A DNA stretch of 64,000 nucleotides from an uncultured Clostridium sp. (GCA_964649245.1 CAZYOS010000001.1:5242-69241); one strand, 5' to 3'. Positions 19,447 through 30,101 are shown, numbered from the stretch's first letter. The notes: a model not told the origin generated them from the letters alone. Program-made: numbers and translations.

Positions 19447-19784
19447 ATAGAAAACACCCCAAGATAAGTTAACTCATTCTTAGTTCTAAAGCAATACTCA
19501 AATATATTACTATTACTTATGTTACTTGATATATTATCATTAATTTCACATACAGCTAATTTTCCTTTATGATTATTGATAATATTTGATAATTTAATAA
19601 GAGAATCAATTCCTCTATTATCTATTAATGAAACATCATATAAATTAACAGTAACATTTTTAGCATCTAATCTTAATAATATTGGTATAACTTCTTCCTC
19701 AAATAATCTAACTCTACTACCTACTAATACACCTTTAATTCTAATAAATAATATTCCTTTCCTAAACTCAATGCTTGTAGTCAT
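19443..19784 (-). CDS. STAS-domain protein (SpoIIAA/RsbV-like anti-sigma-factor antagonist)
   Basis: 113 aa. Collinear with SpoIIAA (VNLYDVSLIDNRGIDSLIKL vs LNLEDLSFMDSSGLGVIL). The phosphorylatable Ser position appears to be occupied by Arg. Stop/start overlap ATGA with the sigma gene. Confidence 0.65.
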   Translation of the reverse strand: MTTSIEFRKGILFIRIKGVLVGSRVRLFEEEVIPILLRLDAKNVTVNLYDVSLIDNRGIDSLIKLSNIINNHKGKLAVCEINDNISSNISNSNIFEYCFRTKNELTYLGVFSI

Positions 19785-19846
19785 TTCATCACCTAAATAA
19801 ACTATACTAGAATTATTTTTTTTTAGTTGAATTCGACATATTTAGA

Positions 19847-20986
19847 TTATTTATTCATATGACATTTATCTACAATAATTTTAATTATTATTATTAAAAA
19901 GAATACACAAACAAGTATAATATTTAAATACTTATATATATCATCAGAAGTTTTAGGATTTATTTCAATATGTGATATTTCACTCACTTCACTTACCTCA
20001 CTAATTTTGCTTATCTTATCTTTTCTTTTAACATATTCACTAAAGCAAAAGTTTTTATAACAATATGGATCCCCCTCATCCATTAATTCACCTTTAATAT
20101 TGTAGATAACTAAACAATCATCAATATATCTATAGTAAGTAACAGAATCATTAACATCTTTAATATATCCATCATATTCAGTAAAATATCCTTCTACATA
20201 CTCTTTTTGTATAACATATGTTTTATATAATTTATCTCTATATTTAAATAGTGTAATAGTTTTTTCAAGATTAGAGCTAAATACATCACTATCATATTCT
20301 AAACTAATAGAACATCCAGAAGGACAATCACCTAAGGAAAGTCTTCCATAAAATATCTCATTATCTGGTCCTGCATTAAAAGCAAGAGTTAAATATTTAT
20401 ATCCAGATGTAACAGATTTATAATGAATTATAACTTCCAAATCACTAACATTATATTTTTTATTAAGATTCATTAAAACATTCATACTTCTACTTGTAGT
20501 AACATAATCCTCAAATAAATTATCATTTAAAATAGTAGGATCCAAATCATTATTAAGTACATTTCCAAATTCATAGTCTACTATAATATTTCTATTTTTA
20601 TCTTTAATATCTATTTCATATATATACACATTACTTATAAAAACAAAGTCTCTTAATTTAATATAATCAATATCAGTATTACTAAATGTATACAATTTAG
20701 TTTCAGATATTATCTCTCTTTCTTCTTTCATATCTGGTTCATATATACTTTCTTCACTATAATCACTATATTTAAAATCAGTAGAATCATAAATCTTTTC
20801 ACCAATAGATTCTTTAATTAAATATTCAATATTTATAATATTCTCTTTAAACCATCTATATCTAACTTCACTTTCTATAAATTTTTTATCTACATCATCT
20901 GGATATTCAGTACTCCATTCAGTGTAATTGTATGCTTTAATTGATGTAAAACTAAAGCATAATAATAACAATAATATTTTTTTCAT
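19847..20986 (-). CDS. secreted protein with C-terminal TM anchor, unknown function
   Basis: Signal peptide MKKILLLLLCFSFTSIKA, a 330-aa Cys-containing domain, an SKISEVSEVSEIS repeat, and C-terminal helix IILVCVFFLIIIIKIIV. Confidence 0.4.
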   Translation of the reverse strand: MKKILLLLLCFSFTSIKAYNYTEWSTEYPDDVDKKFIESEVRYRWFKENIINIEYLIKESIGEKIYDSTDFKYSDYSEESIYEPDMKEEREIISETKLYTFSNTDIDYIKLRDFVFISNVYIYEIDIKDKNRNIIVDYEFGNVLNNDLDPTILNDNLFEDYVTTSRSMNVLMNLNKKYNVSDLEVIIHYKSVTSGYKYLTLAFNAGPDNEIFYGRLSLGDCPSGCSISLEYDSDVFSSNLEKTITLFKYRDKLYKTYVIQKEYVEGYFTEYDGYIKDVNDSVTYYRYIDDCLVIYNIKGELMDEGDPYCYKNFCFSEYVKRKDKISKISEVSEVSEISHIEINPKTSDDIYKYLNIILVCVFFLIIIIKIIVDKCHMNK

Positions 20987-21061
20987 TTTATCTCCTTCTA
21001 ATATAATTATTATTAATTACTATACAAAACACTTGTATTTATAATACTTTTTAATGACAAA

Positions 21062-21090
21062 ACAAAACCCTTAAAAAAGGGGTTTATAAT
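21062..21090 (-). terminator. putative terminator after FNT-like gene
   Basis: AAACCC/GGGTTT stem with a T-rich tail on the minus strand. Confidence 0.45.
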
Positions 21091-21108
21091 TTTAATTGTT
21101 AATATAGG

Positions 21109-21777
21109 TTAATTTTTATAATATTTGTTATAAAAGAATGCAATAATTAATGATCCAGCACTATTTCCAAGAATCATAATAAGCAAATATAAAAATGTTT
21201 TCATACTCCATACACCTGCAACAGTAAAATAATACATATTAGCTACACAGTGCTCAAATCCACATAAAATAAATACCATTACGCATAGAAATATTCCAAT
21301 ATATTTGCCAACATCTCCAGATACCTTCTTATAATTATTAACTGCTATATACATAAGCATTCCACAAAACAATGATAATATAAATATACTAATTAAACTA
21401 TCATTTAATTTAATATTAGATATTGCTAATGCTTTTTCGGAGTAAGTAACAAATCTAGTCTGTCTAATTAAAAATCCTACTAAATAAGTACCAATAAAAT
21501 TACCAATTAAGCTGTATAATAATTCCCATAAATAATTAACTTTATTAATTAATAAATATCCAACTTTTCCAGTAAATAGATTCATACCATACATACATAT
21601 CATAAGTAAACCAATAGAAAATAGAAATGAACCAGCAATCTTATTATCAAGTGCTAAAAATATAGTTCCACCTATGCCTATCATAATACCAGCATATATA
21701 CCCTTTAATAAATAATCTAAATATTTGCTTCCCTTCAAATTAGTAAAAAATCTTTTAACATTACTTTTTTTAAACAT
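21109..21777 (-). CDS. formate/nitrite transporter (FNT) family channel, short form
   Basis: 222 aa, 6 TM helices. FNT signature loops YGMNLFTGKVGY and GFEHCVANMYYF (compare FocA GAELFTGN / EHSIANM). Confidence 0.55.
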   Translation of the reverse strand: MFKKSNVKRFFTNLKGSKYLDYLLKGIYAGIMIGIGGTIFLALDNKIAGSFLFSIGLLMICMYGMNLFTGKVGYLLINKVNYLWELLYSLIGNFIGTYLVGFLIRQTRFVTYSEKALAISNIKLNDSLISIFILSLFCGMLMYIAVNNYKKVSGDVGKYIGIFLCVMVFILCGFEHCVANMYYFTVAGVWSMKTFLYLLIMILGNSAGSLIIAFFYNKYYKN

Positions 21778-21847
21778 ATTATTCCTCCATATAAATTATA
21801 GCATTATATATAAAACTAGTAAATTATTATAATTAAAAAGTATTAAG

Positions 21848-22666
21848 TTATTTAGTAACACTCAATACTATGTCTTCAAGATATAAATCATTGTAAAATT
21901 TATTAGAAGTTAATTGATTTAGATATTTTTGAATTAAACTTTTCGTTTCTTTGCATGATTTTCTATAGCATACTCTTAAAAACATACCGATAATTGGAAA
22001 ATCATCAATTATCTTAATTAAATCTAAATCATGATATACTTCTATAATAGACTTAATAATTAAGAATGCACTATAATAATCTTCAAAAGAAATATAATTT
22101 TTAACATCAAACAAATAATCTTTTATACAATCATTTTCAACAAGATCAGTGCTACAAATATTATATAAATTATTATAATAATATTCATATTCTTGCTTAG
22201 GTGCATATTTTATAAAATCTTTTTCTAACCTATTTTCATCAATTCTAATTACATTTTTATTTTTATCATTAATTATATATTCTTTAATTTCTCCTGCAGG
22301 TATTAATTCTAATAATTTGTGAGTACTTATCTTCTTTTTGATTATATGAGGCATTAATTTAACATTAGTATAATCTCCATCATCTATTGCAAGTAAAGTT
22401 GCATATTCATGCTTACAAAAATATTCATAAGGACATGTGCAGTCCATTACAAGTTCATTATTTTTTTCTTCAATTGTAATATTATAATTATGATCTCCAT
22501 TAACAGTTGCGTAATACACTCCATCAGACTTAATACAATTTAATATTTTACCATCTTCATAATAATCTTCTCCCCTATCCCTAATTATACGAGAAAAAAG
22601 ATTACCATATTTTTCTACTAAACCCTTATTAACAATTTCTTTTGTTTTTGCACTCATTTTAATCAC
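21848..22666 (-). CDS. SWIM zinc-finger domain protein
   Basis: C-x-C-x(n)-C-x-H arrangement in MDCTCPYEYFCKHEYATLLAI. Confidence 0.45.
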   Translation of the reverse strand: MIKMSAKTKEIVNKGLVEKYGNLFSRIIRDRGEDYYEDGKILNCIKSDGVYYATVNGDHNYNITIEEKNNELVMDCTCPYEYFCKHEYATLLAIDDGDYTNVKLMPHIIKKKISTHKLLELIPAGEIKEYIINDKNKNVIRIDENRLEKDFIKYAPKQEYEYYYNNLYNICSTDLVENDCIKDYLFDVKNYISFEDYYSAFLIIKSIIEVYHDLDLIKIIDDFPIIGMFLRVCYRKSCKETKSLIQKYLNQLTSNKFYNDLYLEDIVLSVTK

Positions 22667-22697
22667 CTATTATATATTCATTATATCATAAAAAAAA

Positions 22698-23843
22698 TTA
22701 ATATAGAATATTAATTTTTCCATTTATAACATCTTTTATTTGATTTACAAAAGTATTAAAATAATTAGATTTTTTAACGCATTCTTTTACTATTAAATCA
22801 TATGAATACATTTCATCATTATATGTTAATTTAAGTTTACCAATAACACTATTATTATCTAAAGGAGCTTTTACAGGTAACATTTCTTCTTCTATTTTAT
22901 AATTAACATTATCAGTATTCTTATCAACTATAATATTAACATCATCTTTTAAATAATATTTAACATTTCTCAATTTAGAATTAGGTATATAAATATTACC
23001 ACTATACTTTTCTTTACTAACTATATTTTTACTTCCATACATACTATACCCATATTCAAGTAGATTAATAGTATCAGTACTTCTATTATCTTTAGTATCA
23101 ACTCCCATAACTATACTAATAAGTCTCATATTATTCTTTTTCATAGTAGCTGTTAAACAATATAAAGCATTATCAGTATAACCTGTTTTAAGACCATCTA
23201 TGCCGTTATAAAACTTAACCAACTTATTTGTATTAACAAGCCAATGATTAACATCAGAAACCATAATATAGTCCTCATAAGTACTAGTTATTTTTAAAAT
23301 ATAATCATAAGTAACAAGTTTTTTAGCAATTAAACTTAAATCATATGCAGTACTATAATGATTCTCTTCATCCAAACCATGAGGATTCATAAAATTAGTA
23401 TTTTTACATCCAAGTTCCTTAGCCCTCTTGTTCATCATACTAACAAAATTTTCCTCGGTACCACCAATATACTCAGCCATAGCACTAGCAGCATCATTAG
23501 CAGAAGCAATACCCATACCCTTAATTAAATTTTCAGCACTAACATAAGTATTCTCTTTAGCAAATATTTGAGTACCACCTTTACTAGAAGCATTCTTCGA
23601 TATAAAAACTTGATCCTCTAAAGATATTTTATTCTTTTCAAGAGCTTCCATAGTAAGTAATAAAGTCATCATTTTAGTCATAGATGCAGGGCTTCTCTTT
23701 TCATGAATGTTGTTTTCATAAAGTATTTTCCCAGTAGAACTCTCTATCAAAATAGAACTCTTAGAATACTTAGTAATTTCTTCAGCATTTATTATACATA
23801 TAGATAAGAACACCATAATAATAATTAATATAATCTTTTTCAT
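22698..23843 (-). CDS. D-alanyl-D-alanine carboxypeptidase (PBP5/DacF-type, S11 peptidase)
   Basis: Signal peptide. SxxK (SPASMTKMMT), SxN (ASANDAA), KTG (KTGYT). C-terminal beta-sandwich region. Confidence 0.85.
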   Translation of the reverse strand: MKKIILIIIMVFLSICIINAEEITKYSKSSILIESSTGKILYENNIHEKRSPASMTKMMTLLLTMEALEKNKISLEDQVFISKNASSKGGTQIFAKENTYVSAENLIKGMGIASANDAASAMAEYIGGTEENFVSMMNKRAKELGCKNTNFMNPHGLDEENHYSTAYDLSLIAKKLVTYDYILKITSTYEDYIMVSDVNHWLVNTNKLVKFYNGIDGLKTGYTDNALYCLTATMKKNNMRLISIVMGVDTKDNRSTDTINLLEYGYSMYGSKNIVSKEKYSGNIYIPNSKLRNVKYYLKDDVNIIVDKNTDNVNYKIEEEMLPVKAPLDNNSVIGKLKLTYNDEMYSYDLIVKECVKKSNYFNTFVNQIKDVINGKINILY

Positions 23844-24404
23844 TTATTCACCACTAAAGTATATGATTAGTTAATAAATTTATGTTTGAAATTAATATAT
23901 TTTATTCTAATAATATAACTAAAAAATTATTTTCCTAAATTGTTTTTTTAATCACTATACGTAATTGTAACATAATATGTAGAGAGAAAAGAATTATGAG
24001 GTATAAACAAATATTTATAAATGTCCAAAAGGAGCAATGGAATTAATACTTGTATTACTAACTCCAGAAAAATCACTTGTTATTATAGGAAATGATGGTG
24101 TAAGAAAAATAGTTATCGTAGAAGGGCTTGCTTACCTAATAAAAATAAAAAAGCACCAAAATGTTAAACAACTATACTATTACAAAAATAGATATAACTT
24201 CATTTGCGTGTATAGCATTAAATAGCTCTTCAAGAGTAAAACCAAAACACGTAATAAAAGCTATAAATTATTGTAAAAAAATAAAAGAATCGCAATAAAC
24301 AAATGCATTGATTTAACTACAACAATAATTACATGAATTAAAAGAATAACCACGAGATAAAATATTACAATTTAAACGAAATTAATAAATAAAAATCCTT
24401 CAAT

Positions 24405-25568
24405 CTATTTTGAAGGATTTTGTTTATCATGACAAATTATTTTTTTAATAATTTGCTTACTTTTAATAATAATTCTAGTATACAAAGACTTAGTTGCATA
24501 TTTTTTTGATAATTTATCAAAAGATGTATTATTCAAATCTTTAAAAAATTTTTTTCTGTTTTTTGGTGATTTAGATGATAACTTCAAACTACTATTATTT
24601 TTTAATATCTCATCAATACTACATTTCTTATATACTAAATCTTTTTTAATACAATCAAATATTTCTTTTCCAATATTCGTATTAATAATTATCGCTGATA
24701 CGCCTTCTTTATTATATATCTCAGGATAATAACTCTTTACACCCCAAAAATCTCCAAGAGTAATATCCGAATATTTATTATCCAATTTAAAATTACAATT
24801 ATAACAACTTTCTCTAAGTGCAACATCACATAAAAATAATTTCATATATGAATTTTCAGATGCTAATTCACATATATTTTTTTTCTTAAATTTAGCTGTA
24901 TTAGAGTATGTATCCCATCCAGTTGAATTATCCCTAAAATTATATTCAATTAATTTGTCATTATTATTAAGTTCTAATTCATCAACATATTTTTTATATA
25001 ATTTTGGACTTGGAACACCATGACAAAATAAATCAATGCAAATTAAATTACTATTCTCTTCTCTAATAAAAGACTTTAGTCCTGCTACTTGACAAGGAGT
25101 CCCTACAAACAATACTTTTCTAGTTTTTATATTTGATTTAATCTCAATAAAAATGTTTTTTAAATCGCTTTGTAAATATTTTGAACCTTTTAATTTTTCA
25201 AGATTTTTAATATCTTTTACAATATAATGCTCCAGTCTATTATTATTAAAAGCAGCACCAACTACAATACCATTATCAGATAAAATATTTTTTGCAATTA
25301 ATTCAAATATCCCTCCAGAAGAAGATGTCTTTCTACTATTAATATTTTTATTATATCCAGCATAACAAATATTTATAGATTTATTATTATTTTTATTTAT
25401 TACTGGACACTTCTTTTTGCATAAACCACAATTAATACATTTTTTTTCATCAATATTAGGATAACTAAAACCATCTATATCCTCTATCATACTAATTGCC
25501 CTCTTAGGGCAAGAATTATAGCAAGCACCACAACCAGTACAACACTTTTTATTTACTATCTCTTTCAT
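24405..25568 (-). CDS. Fe-S flavoprotein of the coenzyme F420 hydrogenase/dehydrogenase beta-subunit (FrhB/FdhB-like) family, polysaccharide-modification associated
   Basis: N-terminal 2x[4Fe-4S] ferredoxin motifs (CCTGCGACYNSCP, CINCGLCKKKCP), then an FrhB-like body. Last gene of the glycan operon, adjacent to the pyruvyl transferase. Confidence 0.55.
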   Translation of the reverse strand: MKEIVNKKCCTGCGACYNSCPKRAISMIEDIDGFSYPNIDEKKCINCGLCKKKCPVINKNNNKSINICYAGYNKNINSRKTSSSGGIFELIAKNILSDNGIVVGAAFNNNRLEHYIVKDIKNLEKLKGSKYLQSDLKNIFIEIKSNIKTRKVLFVGTPCQVAGLKSFIREENSNLICIDLFCHGVPSPKLYKKYVDELELNNNDKLIEYNFRDNSTGWDTYSNTAKFKKKNICELASENSYMKLFLCDVALRESCYNCNFKLDNKYSDITLGDFWGVKSYYPEIYNKEGVSAIIINTNIGKEIFDCIKKDLVYKKCSIDEILKNNSSLKLSSKSPKNRKKFFKDLNNTSFDKLSKKYATKSLYTRIIIKSKQIIKKIICHDKQNPSK

Positions 25569-25585
25569 ATATTATCACCTCATAT

Positions 25586-27115
25586 TTATTTTTTACTTGT
25601 AATCATTTTAATTTTATCTAATAATAGTTTAACATATTTCTTTTCATATGAATTAAATTCTAAGAAATATAAAAGTAAAAAATAAATAATAGAATAAATA
25701 ATAATATATAAGATAAATATAAATCCAGAATCAACTAACAAGTATTGTTTAAAAATTAAAGCACCTATAGTAATAAGAATTATTATTATAAACATTTTTC
25801 CTATTTTTTTGAAAAACTTTATCATATTTAAATTTAATGATTTTTGATAATAAATATTTCTTATGATAACATTACATAATATTAATGAAAGTGATGTACC
25901 TATGGCTGCGCCTAATCCACTATATAGTTTTATCAGTGGTATACTAATAATTACATTTAAAATTGAAGATAAAAATAAAATTATAGACATAAATTTTTGT
26001 TTCTTTTTTGCTTGCATAATACTAATTCCGACATTTTGTACTAGGGGAATTATCACTGGTATCATAAGTGCTAAAGCAATAAAATATGATTCGTAATATT
26101 TTTTTCCAACCCAATATAATATGAACTTTTCACCAAATATAATAAATCCACTTAATATTAGACCAACTACAATTAATTGTATTCTACCTGTTCTAATCAT
26201 CATGTTAGTTAAATCATCATCACTACATCCATTATCAATCATTTTTGTAACTTTAGGTAATAAAACTCCCGAAATAGCCGTTGAAAAAGAAATATATATT
26301 TGATTTATTTGAGATGCTATTGAATATATCGATACGCTTACTGTACCAGTAATCGTACCTAATAAAAAATTATCTAAACTCCAATTTATTTTATCAACAA
26401 ATGAATTTAAAAACATCCAGAAAGATAAAGAAAAAATTTCAATTATTAACAACTTATTCAATTTGCATTTTTTTATAGATATTTTTAATTTTTTCTTACA
26501 AAATATATAATTAGAAACATTACACGCAATATTTAATATTGTTAGTACAATACACAATGCTATTGATCTAAAACCAAAATATAGTAATGGTATCATTATA
26601 CATGGTGTAATAATAATTCTAATTATATTAACTATTTTAGCATATATAAATTTCTCATAAGAAGTAATTATTGAGTTATAGATACTAAAAGCAAATGTTA
26701 TAACTAAATTAATAATAAGTATAATCATTAATTTTCTTGCTAATATAATTTCAATTACATCTAATGAATTTTTAAATATATTTCCTATATTAAAATAAAT
26801 AATAATTCCTAATATTAAAGCAACAATTCCTGTAATTAAATATAATAAAGCAAAAGTACCATATAACTTTTCTTCTCCGATTTTATCATTTTTTTTCTTA
26901 TATCTTGTAGAAAAAATTACTATTGCATTTCCAAAGCCAAAATCAAGTAACATTAAATATGATATTACAGATGTAACTAAAGAATACAATCCATATTCTG
27001 ATTGCCCTAATTTACCTGTCAATATGGGCGTATAGATTAATGCTACTAATAAGTTTAAAAAAATAATAATATAGGATAACACTGCACCTATTTTTCTTTG
27101 TTTACTATCACTCAT
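25586..27115 (-). CDS. wzx: Wzx-type oligosaccharide flippase (MOP superfamily polysaccharide biosynthesis protein)
   Basis: 509 aa, about 14 TM helices, no soluble domain. Position inside the glycan operon. Confidence 0.7.
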   Translation of the reverse strand: MSDSKQRKIGAVLSYIIIFLNLLVALIYTPILTGKLGQSEYGLYSLVTSVISYLMLLDFGFGNAIVIFSTRYKKKNDKIGEEKLYGTFALLYLITGIVALILGIIIYFNIGNIFKNSLDVIEIILARKLMIILIINLVITFAFSIYNSIITSYEKFIYAKIVNIIRIIITPCIMIPLLYFGFRSIALCIVLTILNIACNVSNYIFCKKKLKISIKKCKLNKLLIIEIFSLSFWMFLNSFVDKINWSLDNFLLGTITGTVSVSIYSIASQINQIYISFSTAISGVLLPKVTKMIDNGCSDDDLTNMMIRTGRIQLIVVGLILSGFIIFGEKFILYWVGKKYYESYFIALALMIPVIIPLVQNVGISIMQAKKKQKFMSIILFLSSILNVIISIPLIKLYSGLGAAIGTSLSLILCNVIIRNIYYQKSLNLNMIKFFKKIGKMFIIIILITIGALIFKQYLLVDSGFIFILYIIIYSIIYFLLLYFLEFNSYEKKYVKLLLDKIKMITSKK

Positions 27116-27130
27116 TAACTTCTCTTTCCA

Positions 27131-28186
27131 TTATTTTAATGCTTTAGTTAAAAAGTCTTCACTTTTCTTTCTTTCATTAGCAAGTATTTTGTATGATTTT
27201 TCATAGTTGCATTCTAAATCAACTTTTTTAATTTTACCAGAAAACCTTCTATTATTCAAATCAAACTTATTAAGAAGCGTATCAATTCTAGAAGTCATGC
27301 TCTTAAGATTATTTTGTTTCCTATCAAAAACTATAAATGGTCTATTATATAATATTGCAAATACACAAGAATGAAATGAATCAGTACATATCAAAAAAGC
27401 ATGTTTCTCTAAATATAGAAATTCACTTGGCCCACATACATAATATTTGCTTTTTAGATCCAATATATTAATTATTTCACATCCATTTTCTTTTGCTACT
27501 CTTTCTATTTCAACTTTCTTATCATTAGATAATTCTCCTAAAAAATAATTTAATATATATTTTTTACAATCTAGCATTTTAGGTTTAATAGACACTTTGT
27601 CCCAATCTTTAGATGTTAATAACATTGTAGGATCTACAAGAACTTCAACATCATTTCTTCCTGTTAAATCTTCAACTATTTTCTTACCAGCATCCTCTCT
27701 AACAGAAATTGCTTTAAACTTAATTAACTCTTTGCTTGCTTGTTTCTTAATATTATCTGGTAATTCACTTACTCCAAAGCTTGCAGAAAAAGATATTTTA
27801 TTTCCATTAATATTGGTTAATAAATCTAACTTACTCATCCTTTTAATGCATGGATTCCATACTTGATCACTTCCAACAACATAATTATTAAATCCTGATA
27901 TCTTTTTAGGAGAATAATAGTTATATATTCTTTTTGAAAACACCATATTTGATTCATTAAATTTTTTAAATTTTTTTTCTCTTAATATTTGTTTTTCACT
28001 TTTTTGTTTATAATTTAATATTTTTTTCACAATTATTTTAAATTTAGTAATTAATTGAAAATCATCATTTCTAATAATTTCACAACCTAAACCCAATTTT
28101 TTTATAAATATATACAAAGCATAATTTTGTAATCTGTTTCCAAAATTATTTAAATCATAAATGCTGATTAATGCGACATTTTTCAT
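27131..28186 (-). CDS. polysaccharide pyruvyl transferase (CsaB/WcaK family)
   Basis: N-terminus MKNVALISIYDLNNFGNRLQNYAL is typical of the PS_pyruv_trans family (G-x-x-N-x-G-D/N). Confidence 0.7.
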   Translation of the reverse strand: MKNVALISIYDLNNFGNRLQNYALYIFIKKLGLGCEIIRNDDFQLITKFKIIVKKILNYKQKSEKQILREKKFKKFNESNMVFSKRIYNYYSPKKISGFNNYVVGSDQVWNPCIKRMSKLDLLTNINGNKISFSASFGVSELPDNIKKQASKELIKFKAISVREDAGKKIVEDLTGRNDVEVLVDPTMLLTSKDWDKVSIKPKMLDCKKYILNYFLGELSNDKKVEIERVAKENGCEIINILDLKSKYYVCGPSEFLYLEKHAFLICTDSFHSCVFAILYNRPFIVFDRKQNNLKSMTSRIDTLLNKFDLNNRRFSGKIKKVDLECNYEKSYKILANERKKSEDFLTKALK

Positions 28187-29100
28187 TTTTTCACCTTATT
28201 TTTAATATAATTAATCGAAATATAAAGTTTTATACTTCTAATACCATTGACAAATTTAAATTTATTTATTGCTTTTTCATATTTCGAATAATATTTTTTA
28301 ATTTCATTTATACTTAATCCTTGTCTATATGCATCTTTTAATCTATAAACTATTAATGCTGGTAGTCTATAATTCAATAGTGCTGATTTTTCGCTTTTAG
28401 ATAATTGCATCTCTTTAATGATCTTATTTATTACAAAATAATCATCATCTATTTTATTTATTTTAAAATTTGACAATTTTACATTAGATGCGTTATTGTT
28501 GTATAATACTAAATTTTCTTTCAAAAATATTATTTTTTTACTATGGAAAATTGCTTTGCTAAAAAATTCAAAATCCTCTCCCCAGCTTAGTTTATCCGTA
28601 AATGAAAGTTTGTTTTTTTGTATAATACTATTTCTTATAACAAAGCAAGATGTCTGCAATTTTAATTTATTCAAAAAATAGTATTTTAAGCATTCTTCTT
28701 TATAATATTCTTTTGTAATCTTTGTACTATTATTACTTAAAAATGAACTATATCCACAATAACATAAATCTGCATCTTCTTTAATTAATTTATTATTAAT
28801 TTTCAACAAAAAACCTTGCTCATATTTATCATCAGAATCTAAAAAGCAAATAAAGTCCCCTGATGCTTTTTTTAATCCAAAGTTTCTTGCACTAGAAACT
28901 CCACCATTTTTTTTATTTAATAAAGTTATTTGATCATATTTTTTTTTCATTTTTTTGCATATATTAATTGAATTATCTGTTGAACCATCATTTACTATAA
29001 TTATTTCATAGTTAATATATGATTGCAAAACTACAGATTCTATTGTATTTTCAATTGTCTTTTCAGCATTATACATTGGGATAATTATTGAATATCGCAT
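28183..29100 (-). CDS. family 2 glycosyltransferase
   Basis: IIIPMYNAEKTIENTIESVVLQSY..YEIIIVNDGSTDNS GT-A fold N-terminal motif, DxD (LDSDD). Confidence 0.8.
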   Translation of the reverse strand: MRYSIIIPMYNAEKTIENTIESVVLQSYINYEIIIVNDGSTDNSINICKKMKKKYDQITLLNKKNGGVSSARNFGLKKASGDFICFLDSDDKYEQGFLLKINNKLIKEDADLCYCGYSSFLSNNSTKITKEYYKEECLKYYFLNKLKLQTSCFVIRNSIIQKNKLSFTDKLSWGEDFEFFSKAIFHSKKIIFLKENLVLYNNNASNVKLSNFKINKIDDDYFVINKIIKEMQLSKSEKSALLNYRLPALIVYRLKDAYRQGLSINEIKKYYSKYEKAINKFKFVNGIRSIKLYISINYIKNKVKK

Positions 29101-29114
29101 ATTTTTACTCTCCT

Positions 29115-30101
29115 TTATAATTTTATAATTCCCTTATTTTTTAAAAATACATAACTTTTTAATATATATCTACCAAGACTAATTCCAAATATTTTAAATA
29201 TTATATTACACATTTTTACTTTATGGCTTTCACTATTTTCTAATACATATTTGTATGTTAATATTTCTTTATATTTTTTTCTACTACAATTTTGCTTATT
29301 TATCAATGCTAGTAATATAGTATATTGATAAGCAAGATAATTTAAATAAATATTTTTTAATTTTAAATTATTATATTCTTTTTCACTCCAAAATTTTATT
29401 ATATAAAATAATGAATCAATATTATTCTTGCTTAAATTTGTAGTAACTGAACCTTCTCTTTGTTGCCTATAAACATATATATCTTCATTTATTAACTTTA
29501 TTGAATTACAATGAGAATATAATTTTAATGACCAGTCTATATCTTCTAATAATATCTTCTCATCAAAGAAAATTTTATTTTCAATTACTATACTTCTTTT
29601 TACAAATTTATTACATGGTGATATTGATAAGTCTTCACTTTTTACTAATTCATTCAAAATATCTAGATAATTTTCACATTTCACATTATAATTTCTTAAA
29701 TATATGTATTTATTTAATTTTTCATAATAATACATCATCTTATATTGTACTATGTCATCATTTAATTTTATGGATAAAAAATTGATTTTGTTTGAAATAA
29801 AATCATCACTATCAATAAACATTAAATATTCTCCGGATGAATGATTAATTCCGCAGTTTCTTGCACTTGATGCTCCTCCATTTTTTTTATGAAAAACACT
29901 TATTTCATTATATTTATCACTATATTCATCACATATTTTTCCACTATTATCTGTTGAACCGTCATCTACTAATATAATCTCGTAGTTTTCAATATTTGCA
30001 TGTAAAATGCTATCAACACATTTATTTATATATTTATCAACATTATAAACAGGTATAATAATACTTAATTTTTTCATATTTCCTCCTAGAATAAATAGCA
30101 C
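29115..30101 (-). CDS. family 2 glycosyltransferase
   Basis: LSIIIPVYNVDKYINKCVDSIL..YEIILVDDGSTDNS, DxD (IDSDD). Confidence 0.8.
   Translation of the reverse strand: MLFILGGNMKKLSIIIPVYNVDKYINKCVDSILHANIENYEIILVDDGSTDNSGKICDEYSDKYNEISVFHKKNGGASSARNCGINHSSGEYLMFIDSDDFISNKINFLSIKLNDDIVQYKMMYYYEKLNKYIYLRNYNVKCENYLDILNELVKSEDLSISPCNKFVKRSIVIENKIFFDEKILLEDIDWSLKLYSHCNSIKLINEDIYVYRQQREGSVTTNLSKNNIDSLFYIIKFWSEKEYNNLKLKNIYLNYLAYQYTILLALINKQNCSRKKYKEILTYKYVLENSESHKVKMCNIIFKIFGISLGRYILKSYVFLKNKGIIKL

Noticed and set aside
24037-24225. 62-aa plus-strand ORF in the 560-nt intergenic region between the dacF-like gene and the glycan operon, with a GGAG 2-3 nt before the ATG.
   Set aside because: RBS spacing too short, no recognisable motif, and it lies in what is more likely the promoter/leader region of the dacF-like gene. 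Kept only as a remote possibility.
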